From a virus: 64,000 nt of DNA. Under the pieces are notes generated by a model. That model did not search any database, was not told where the DNA came from, and saw only the letters and a list, made by a program, of their open reading frames with translations. The stretch is taken from the IMG/VR virus record IMGVR_UViG_3300046787_000129, positions 45,630 through 109,629 of that record; one strand, written 5' to 3'. The translations under genes and the position numbers were made by a program. Shown piece after piece: positions 57,989 through 64,000 of this stretch. Position 1 is the first letter of the stretch, and each line of letters opens with the position of its first letter.

Positions 57989-58687
57989 CTATAGACCAGC
58001 TATAAATGCATTTACTGTCTTAGGAAACGCTGTCTCCGTAAGACTCTGGACTGCCTTAGCATAGTCCTGGATCTCGACCTGGGCGTCATGGCCTAGGCGT
58101 TGCTCTAGAAATGTGATAGCACCCTGTAGCGAGGTAGTCCAACGCCAACGAACATACATACCATAGGCAGGTAGGAATAGACGTGCCAACTCTGGGGCAA
58201 CGTTATCTTCCATAGCCTCGTGGTAAAGCTTTACGCCATCAATGATAGACTCACGAAGCTTGTTAGTATAGTGAGCACCATTACTAAAATGAATAGGCTC
58301 TCCGCTGCCCTGTTTGCTATTCTCTGGCTTACTACGCCAAGCAGATGCGCTAGGGATATAGAACTCTTCGTCCTCCGTGATATAGCGACGTGATGACTCA
58401 TTCCAGCCATTCTGATCATCTACATGTGTAGAACCTACAGCATACTTCCACCACTGACGTGCTACGAAGAGTGGTGCATAGACCTCAAACGTGAGCGCAG
58501 CGTGACGAAATGGTGACGTGTGACCCTCACGGATGAGGAAGTCAATGAGTTTTGCATCTCTGGCGGTAAACTCAGTAGACTCCTTATCGTACGATACACG
58601 TGCAGCATTGACAATAGATAGGTCAGTGCCAAGAGTGTCAACAAGACGTACATATCCCTTATCCAATACATTAATCTTCGATTCCAT
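57989..58687 (-). CDS. thyX: Flavin-dependent thymidylate synthase
   Basis: IVNAARVSY, HTSPF, ARQW, NESSRRY, ELARLFLP, HDAQVEI. Confidence 0.95.
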   Translation of the reverse strand: MESKINVLDKGYVRLVDTLGTDLSIVNAARVSYDKESTEFTARDAKLIDFLIREGHTSPFRHAALTFEVYAPLFVARQWWKYAVGSTHVDDQNGWNESSRRYITEDEEFYIPSASAWRSKPENSKQGSGEPIHFSNGAHYTNKLRESIIDGVKLYHEAMEDNVAPELARLFLPAYGMYVRWRWTTSLQGAITFLEQRLGHDAQVEIQDYAKAVQSLTETAFPKTVNAFIAGL

Positions 58688-58830
58688 ATGTTTCCTTAAT
58701 AGTTTTAATAGCGGTAGAGTTTACTTCTGCATCTAGGCCAAGTAATTCTACAATATCTTTTGCCCTATCCCTTGCGGCATAACGCTTAAAGTCTTCTAAC
58801 AGTGCACGAGACATTGTTAGTTGTTCTGAA

Positions 58831-59133
58831 TCATGACTTACTGACAAGGTCTTTTACCTCTGGGTATTCAAGATACTCTTGAACATCATCAATATTAGCT
58901 TTCATATCTCTGCCGATCTGAGCCCATAGGTCAAGCATTTGATTCCAAACACCTTCTGGTACAAATGTGGTCCATGCATCATTCATAAAGATCATTGGCT
59001 GGCCTTCAGTTGGCTTAAGGGTATATCCCCACTTAGCACCATCCTCATCTTCATAGGTGCGGAATAGTAATCCCTGTGGGTCTGGTCGTAGACCAATGCC
59101 ACGTAGCTGTCCTGGCTGTGGTTGTCCTGTCAT
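58831..59133 (-). CDS. Hypothetical protein
   Basis: 100 aa, coupled start. Confidence 0.55.
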   Translation of the reverse strand: MTGQPQPGQLRGIGLRPDPQGLLFRTYEDEDGAKWGYTLKPTEGQPMIFMNDAWTTFVPEGVWNQMLDLWAQIGRDMKANIDDVQEYLEYPEVKDLVSKS

Positions 59134-59285
59134 TAGTATTCCTTTTCTGCATGGGTAACACCATGCTTATCATCAATGTACTTATGAATCTTTCTTAATG
59201 CCTTAGCCTTAGAGATTCCAAGACCTACTACTAAAAAGATTCCATTCCAAAAGAATTCTGCAATGATATGGTCAAGACCAAACAT
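59133..59285 (-). CDS. Small membrane protein (start uncertain)
   Basis: One TM followed by KIHKYIDDKHG. Confidence 0.5.
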   Translation of the reverse strand: MFGLDHIIAEFFWNGIFLVVGLGISKAKALRKIHKYIDDKHGVTHAEKEY

Positions 59286-59304
59286 TACTTCAAGAATTTC
59301 TTCA

Positions 59305-59733
59305 CTACTGGACAATTGCAACCACACTTTCAATACATTCGTTTACGATTCGGTGCCATGTAATGGCAGGTAGCCATGCAACATTAGAAGTAATGCCACG
59401 GCCTGAGTGCTTGTACCAAGAGATTTCAATACCAGTTTTCTTGTGTACAAAGTTTGGAGGGCAGTCTGGATCATGCCCAATGCGATTTCCATCACACCAG
59501 CAGTAACTGCACATAGCAAATACGCTATTGTCATAACCCTCTTCACCATCATTGGCTGTTAGTAAAGGTCCGTTACTATGCTTGCCCGATGGATAACCAC
59601 GATGCTCTCGGATTATCTCCGCTATGGCGTCTAGCCCAGCAGTAGCCCAGTCAGCCTCATGCTCATATGTAGGACCATTAGTCAGTACAATCTGACCAAT
59701 CTCAGTGTATGCTGGTCCGTGTTTTGATAGCAT
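59305..59733 (-). CDS. Hypothetical protein
   Basis: SD GGGAG; YCWC...CPPNF...ISWYKH. Confidence 0.6.
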   Translation of the reverse strand: MLSKHGPAYTEIGQIVLTNGPTYEHEADWATAGLDAIAEIIREHRGYPSGKHSNGPLLTANDGEEGYDNSVFAMCSYCWCDGNRIGHDPDCPPNFVHKKTGIEISWYKHSGRGITSNVAWLPAITWHRIVNECIESVVAIVQ

Positions 59734-59852
59734 CAATAGTCTCCCTAATCTTTGCTTTCAATTTTGGTTTAGTAAAGTAGTTCCAGCTATTTAGGAACCA
59801 GTGTTTGTAGATATGCAAGGGATACTTAATCATCCCTTCACGCTTCTTGTGC

Positions 59853-60143
59853 TTAGCCAATTACGGCAAAGATATCACGATATGGAAGAATGACAAGGTC
59901 CTTGCCATCATGCTTAATCTCAGTGCCAGAGTACTTGGAATAGATAACCTTGTCGCCTACTGCAACATCCATACTCATCTTAGTGCCATCTGCAAAGGTT
60001 GCTCCTGCACCAACTGCAATAACAATGCCCTCGGTTGGCTTCTCTTCTGCTGAACCTGCAATGATAAGGCCTGATGAAGTTACCTTCTCAGTCTCAACAA
60101 TAGGCTCGATAACAATCTTATCTTCTAGTGGCTTCAAACTCAT
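59853..60143 (-). CDS. groES: Co-chaperonin GroES
   Basis: LKPLEDKIVI, SGLII, EKPTEG.VIAVG, VGDKVIYSKYSGTEI. Confidence 0.95.
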   Translation of the reverse strand: MSLKPLEDKIVIEPIVETEKVTSSGLIIAGSAEEKPTEGIVIAVGAGATFADGTKMSMDVAVGDKVIYSKYSGTEIKHDGKDLVILPYRDIFAVIG

Positions 60144-60352
60144 TTGTGCTCCTTAATTAACTGAATCGCTCTTTCGATTCCATCTGAATAATCAATGTTA
60201 CCATTGCGCAACTCTTTTTGCAATACCTTTACGAAAACTTTTTTAGCTTCTGTTAGAGCAGCGTCTGCTCCAACCTCGTAGCCACTATTCCAACCATCGT
60301 TAAATAGAGCTTCGATCTTTTGTTCACGTCTCTTCTTTATCCTGTTTATCAT
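60140..60352 (-). CDS. Hypothetical protein
   Basis: ATG 60352 after AAGGAGAG; longer ORF-track start overlaps tRNA-Gln. Confidence 0.55.
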   Translation of the reverse strand: MINRIKKRREQKIEALFNDGWNSGYEVGADAALTEAKKVFVKVLQKELRNGNIDYSDGIERAIQLIKEHK

Positions 60353-60364
60353 TATCTCTCCTTG

Positions 60365-60436
60365 CTCTCCCCCAAGGACTCGAACCTCGATAGCCAGGAC
60401 CAAAACCTGGAGTCTTGCCAATTAGACGAAGGGAGA
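60365..60436 (-). tRNA. tRNA-Gln(TTG)
   Basis: TCTCCCT/GGGGAGA; CCAGG-TTTTGGT-CCTGG. Confidence 0.92.
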
Positions 60437-60464
60437 ATGCGGCAAAGCAGATCATTACTTTACC

Positions 60465-60556
60465 TAGTTACAGTGGGATTCGAACCCACGCCTCCCCTAG
60501 TCATCTGCTGCATACAGTTTATAGACTATGGCGTACTGCCCCTATACTATGTAACT
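60465..60556 (-). ncRNA. tRNA-like RNA with expanded anticodon domain
   Basis: AGTTACA/TGTAACT acceptor, GTAT/GTAC D stem, GTGGG-TTCGAAT-CCCAC T arm; 43 nt between D and T arms without a canonical 7-nt loop. Confidence 0.72.
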
Positions 60557-60558
60557 TG

Positions 60559-60635
60559 TGGCATGTCAGGGAATCGAACCCTTCTAACCTATGGTACAGG
60601 ATTTACAGTCCCGTGTCTGTCCCAGCAGCCATGCC
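60559..60635 (-). tRNA. tRNA-Tyr(GTA), non-canonical core
   Basis: CGGGA-CTGTAAA-TCCTG; ACC-ATA-GGT variable arm; short D arm; mismatches at acceptor/T junction. Confidence 0.7.
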
Positions 60636-60746
60636 TTGTGCACCTTAGCCTAACCCAGATAGGTGCCACATCTGTAATAGTTTTTACTAGTATTACTATT
60701 AAGGAGTCATAATGCTTTCGCAACATAGGACTATTCCTGGTGTTCG

Positions 60747-60817
60747 CACCACCTCAAGGAGTCGAACCTTGGCTCTCAGTTTTGGAGACTGATGTGCTAC
60801 CGTAACACTTAGGTGAT
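60747..60817 (-). tRNA. tRNA-Trp(CCA)
   Basis: ATCACCT/AGGTGGT; TCAGT-CTCCAAA-ACTGA; G73. Confidence 0.92.
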
Positions 60818-60822
60818 ATGTG

Positions 60823-60894
60823 TGACCCCACGGAGAATTGAACTCCGATTGCCAGGTTGAAAACCTGGAGTCCTAACCATTAAACGATGGGGCC
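60823..60894 (-). tRNA. tRNA-Glu(TTC)
   Basis: GGCCCCA/TGGGGTC; CCAGG-TTTTCAA-CCTGG. Confidence 0.92.
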
Positions 60895-60900
60895 GAAAGA

Positions 60901-61038
60901 CTATTTTAGCAGAGACTTTAGCTTTTCGCAATAGCAATTTGAAGATTCATTTAGATCCATAAGGTCTTTGTAGATATACCAGGGTATTTGATACCAGGCA
61001 CCGCAAGGGCAATTATAATACATAGGTTGTTTTGCCAT
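60901..61038 (-). CDS. Small Cys-rich protein (45 aa, leaderless, not in ORF track)
   Basis: TATAAT 5 nt before ATG; CPCG...CYC. Confidence 0.55.
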   Translation of the reverse strand: MAKQPMYYNCPCGAWYQIPWYIYKDLMDLNESSNCYCEKLKSLLK

Positions 61039-61071
61039 ACTCAATTATACTACTTATGATAGAATTGTTAT

Positions 61072-61293
61072 ATGAATAATTGTCCAAACTGTAATCACGA
61101 CCTCGTGAACATAATTTATGGTATGCCCTCACAGAAGGCTATCGATCTTGCAAGACAAGAAGACATTGCTTTAGGGGGTTGCCTCTATGAGCCAGACCTT
61201 CCTACCCACTACTGCTATGGATGCCATGAGGCATATCCAACCATAGAGGACAAGGGTAACTATGAAGAAGTTTTGCCACTCTTCGCTGAGTGA
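61072..61293 (+). CDS. Zinc-ribbon protein, leaderless
   Basis: CPNC...IIYGMP...LGGC...CYGC; TAGAAT 6 nt before ATG. Confidence 0.7.
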   Translation: MNNCPNCNHDLVNIIYGMPSQKAIDLARQEDIALGGCLYEPDLPTHYCYGCHEAYPTIEDKGNYEEVLPLFAE

Positions 61294-61384
61294 CATTCGC
61301 ATTCACATACAACATCAAAGCTTAGTAGCTTGCCTATGCATTCAGAATGATAATTCTTGCCAATGCACCAACCAAAGATAGCCA

Positions 61385-61642
61385 TTAGAACGGTGGCTCT
61401 TCATTCTCACCCAGGAACATATCGTTAAAGTCACTAATCTCATATCGCTTTGGCGTAATGATTTCAATGGCCCACTCTGAGCAGGCTGAATCAGCTTCCT
61501 TAAGCAACTGAATATTCTTTAAATTATTTACATCAGCACCAATGAGCTTTGCTACCTCTATATAGATGCCAAACTCTGGGAATATCTTCCAGGCAAGCTG
61601 TTCACGAAAGTTTTCGGTAACATTCTTAATCCAATTGATCAT
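61385..61642 (-). CDS. Hypothetical protein
   Basis: 85 aa ending EEPPF; SD AAGGAG. Confidence 0.5.
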   Translation of the reverse strand: MINWIKNVTENFREQLAWKIFPEFGIYIEVAKLIGADVNNLKNIQLLKEADSACSEWAIEIITPKRYEISDFNDMFLGENEEPPF

Positions 61643-61793
61643 CTTCTAACTCCTTTAAGTCTCTCTCAAGATTGGCACTACGTCTAAAGTAAGCCACAAT
61701 CTCTTCTCCACTAACCTTATATGTAAAATTGTCATATGTCAAGGTATATATTCTGTCTGGAAAAATCGGGTAGTTAAACTTATCGCTGCTCAT
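61626..61793 (-). CDS. Hypothetical protein (55 aa, leaderless)
   Basis: TACACT 6 nt before ATG; overlaps next gene. Confidence 0.5.
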   Translation of the reverse strand: MSSDKFNYPIFPDRIYTLTYDNFTYKVSGEEIVAYFRRSANLERDLKELEDDQLD

Positions 61794-61814
61794 AGAAATA
61801 GTGTACCAGAAGTA

Positions 61815-61843
61815 TTGACATAGTCATAACAATACTCTATACT
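61815..61843 (+). promoter_or_regulatory. SigA-type promoter of the operon leading to rtcB
   Basis: TTGACA-17 nt-TATACT. Confidence 0.8.
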
Positions 61844-61868
61844 AAATGTACAAACAAAAGGAGAAATC

Positions 61869-62093
61869 ATGGATTTCAGCAACATGGCAAACATGAAGCT
61901 GTCTGACTTTGAGAACATCGGTCAGACCAAGTATAACGAAGGCTTCAAGGCTGCACTACAAACAGTAACTAAACTACTACAGGGTCGCATCTGTGAAGAC
62001 TATAATGCAGATGGCTCATGCGAGCATGACCTATGTTCACAGAACCAGCAGTTGGTTGAAGGCCTTGATGGGGCCATTCGTAATCTCGGGTAA
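61869..62093 (+). CDS. Hypothetical protein
   Basis: SD AGGAG; 74 aa. Confidence 0.6.
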   Translation: MDFSNMANMKLSDFENIGQTKYNEGFKAALQTVTKLLQGRICEDYNADGSCEHDLCSQNQQLVEGLDGAIRNLG

Positions 62094-62101
62094 GGAATAA
62101 G

Positions 62102-62248
62102 ATGAGTAAGAAATCACTATACGAACTACAGTATGAGAACGCCAAGATTGAGAACGATGTAAACACTGGGTGTGCAATCATTGGCTTGGTGGGTTTTGGA
62201 ATCATTGCATTATTCATAATTGTTGCATTCTCTCTAGCGTTAGGCTAA
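62102..62248 (+). CDS. Small membrane protein (48 aa)
   Basis: SD AAGGA; C-terminal TM. Confidence 0.5.
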   Translation: MSKKSLYELQYENAKIENDVNTGCAIIGLVGFGIIALFIIVAFSLALG

Positions 62249-62250
62249 TT

Positions 62251-62505
62251 ATGGCACAGCTACTCAAGGCAAACAAGCCTACGAGTCTTACCTGTATGCA
62301 CAACCTAGACTACGAGATGGACTGGGATGGCGATGAGTATCTATATAAAGTAGATCTGGATAAGCGTTACATTGACCACCTCGAACGATCGGGGTATCGT
62401 ATGCACAGGCTGGTACCAGAAATCCTAGTATGGAATAAGTCACTAGACTTCCAAACTATATATATTGCACGTGCAGAAGACTTTGATGAAGTGGAGATGT
62501 TTTAA
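62251..62505 (+). CDS. Hypothetical protein
   Basis: ATG 62251; coupled to next gene. Confidence 0.5.
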   Translation: MAQLLKANKPTSLTCMHNLDYEMDWDGDEYLYKVDLDKRYIDHLERSGYRMHRLVPEILVWNKSLDFQTIYIARAEDFDEVEMF

Positions 62506-62990
62506 TGACTGTATTCTTAATTAGCGATACTCACTTTGGCCACGCTAATATTGTTAAGTATGCAGAGCGTCCATTCGATACCGTTGAAGAAATGAACGAG
62601 GTAATGGTTGATAACTGGAATAGTGTTGTTAAGCAAGGTGACAAGGTATATCACCTTGGAGATGTCACTATGAACTCTAAGTCATTAGATATCCTATCAC
62701 GACTAAATGGTCGTAAGGTATTGATCAAAGGCAACCACGATATTCAGAAGCTAAAGTTTTATACTCCACACTTCTACGATATTCGTGGTAGTCACGAACT
62801 AGATAACTTTATCTTAACTCACATTCCTGTTAGCGATACCCAGAAGTTGCGGTATAGGGGAAACATTCACGGACACACTCACGAGAAGAACCTACAAGAT
62901 CCTTGGTACTTTAACGTAAGTGTAGAACAAATCAATTACACACCAACAGCATTTGATGAAATAATTAAGGATATACGATGGAACAAATAA
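62505..62990 (+). CDS. Calcineurin-like metallophosphoesterase
   Basis: SDTHFGH, HLGD, GNHD, THIP, HGHTH. Confidence 0.92.
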   Translation: MTVFLISDTHFGHANIVKYAERPFDTVEEMNEVMVDNWNSVVKQGDKVYHLGDVTMNSKSLDILSRLNGRKVLIKGNHDIQKLKFYTPHFYDIRGSHELDNFILTHIPVSDTQKLRYRGNIHGHTHEKNLQDPWYFNVSVEQINYTPTAFDEIIKDIRWNK

Positions 62991-64000
62991 CCAATAAACT
63001 ATTTAACTGGGCATCTATTCTAGATGAGAAAACACTTGAGCAGGCTAAGACTACTTCGTCAATGCCGTTCATTTTCCCACACCTAGCACTGATGCCAGAT
63101 GCACACCTTGGTAAGGGGTCTACTGTTGGGTCAGTAATTCCTACACAGGGAGCCATTATGCCTGCTGCAATTGGGGTAGACATTGGCTGTGGAATGATGG
63201 CTATTAAGACTAACAAGAATGTACACGACATAGAGGGTGTAAACCTTAAGGAATTGCGTGAGTCAATTGAGTCTGCTATTCCACTATCAGCTTTTAAGCA
63301 TAATCAGACAGTTAAGCCAGATGCACTTGATGCAGCAGAGGAACTGCTTGACGCTGCCCTAGACGCTGGGTTTAATCCATCAGACTATGCGAGTAACTGG
63401 ACGCACCAGCTTGGATCTCTTGGTTCTGGCAATCACTTTATTGAGATTACAGTGGATGAGGAAAACTCTATCTGGCTATTCTTGCACTCAGGCTCTCGTG
63501 GAATTGGTAACAAGATTGCTACACATCACATTGCTGTTGCACAGGAATATGCAAAGAAGAACTTCATTACCCTGGTAGATCCAGACCTAGCGTACCTTGT
63601 AGAAGGCACTGTAGAGTTCGATCGCTACATCGCTGAGATGACTTGGGCACAAAAGTTTGCTTTTAAGAATCGTGAAGTAATGATGAGTCGTGTCAAGAAG
63701 GCATTTAAGCATCACGTTGGTGATTTCGAAATCATTGAAGAGATTAACTGTCACCACAACTTTACTCAGCCTGAGAATCATTGGGGCAAGAATCTGTGGA
63801 TAACTCGTAAGGGTGCTATCTCTGCTAATGAAGGACAGATGGGTCTTATTCCAGGTTCAATGGGTACTGCATCGTATGTAGTTGAAGGACTTGGTAATAA
63901 GCTTTCGTTCTGCACTGCACCACATGGTGCTGGGCGTGAATACTCTCGTAATGAAGCACGAAAGGTCTTTACAAAAGAGTCCTTAGATGATATGATGAGA
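62978..64000 (+). CDS. rtcB: RtcB RNA ligase (3' truncated by window, absent from ORF track)
   Basis: Translated by hand: MEQITNKL...LMPDAHLGKG...GVDIGCGM...LGSLGSGNHFIE...HSGSRGIG...CHHN...RKGA...IPGSMG...APHGAGR. Confidence 0.96.
   Translation, partial: MEQITNKLFNWASILDEKTLEQAKTTSSMPFIFPHLALMPDAHLGKGSTVGSVIPTQGAIMPAAIGVDIGCGMMAIKTNKNVHDIEGVNLKELRESIESAIPLSAFKHNQTVKPDALDAAEELLDAALDAGFNPSDYASNWTHQLGSLGSGNHFIEITVDEENSIWLFLHSGSRGIGNKIATHHIAVAQEYAKKNFITLVDPDLAYLVEGTVEFDRYIAEMTWAQKFAFKNREVMMSRVKKAFKHHVGDFEIIEEINCHHNFTQPENHWGKNLWITRKGAISANEGQMGLIPGSMGTASYVVEGLGNKLSFCTAPHGAGREYSRNEARKVFTKESLDDMMR

Noticed and set aside
60465-60556. Amber suppressor or stop-codon reassignment (CTA in the anticodon region)
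   Set aside because: CTA does not sit centrally in a 7-nt loop, and genes end normally at TAG without fragmentation

Overview
64 kb from the middle of a large, apparently lytic, long-tailed dsDNA phage. The host is probably a freshwater-type actinobacterium (inferred from WhiB, actinobacterial-type NrdH/I/E/F, many leaderless genes and tRNAs without encoded CCA). Order: neck/tail module with a 2387-aa tape measure (1-20.1 kb); replication/recombination (DnaB, primase, SSB, DnaE, MazG, NrdH, RecA, Hjc-like, Cas4-like, RuvC-like) running into TerS/TerL (20.1-34.5 kb), resembling the layout of Streptomyces cluster BE/BK phages; exported/surface proteins around nrdIEF (34.5-43 kb); an EndoVII-type endonuclease and a tRNA/ncRNA cluster (43-44.4 kb); M23 endolysin, WhiB, two glycosylation clusters, holin, Hsp20, Dps (44.4-57.6 kb); minus-strand tRNA clusters with ThyX and GroES (57.6-61 kb); a phosphoesterase and an RtcB RNA ligase truncated by the window end and absent from the ORF track. 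Best candidate for an undescribed system: three tRNA-shaped RNAs with intact acceptor/T arms but three different anticodon-domain rearrangements (one with the D-loop motif moved 3' of a UAU anticodon arm), among 12 readable tRNAs and pseudoknotted spacer RNAs, near an RNA-repair pair. Also notable: tail chaperones G and GT encoded by paralogous genes rather than a frameshift, an ATT-initiated lectin-like surface protein, a ROSE-type thermometer on hsp20, and a beta-module shared by three tail proteins. All calls are by eye from motifs and base pairing; no searches were run.
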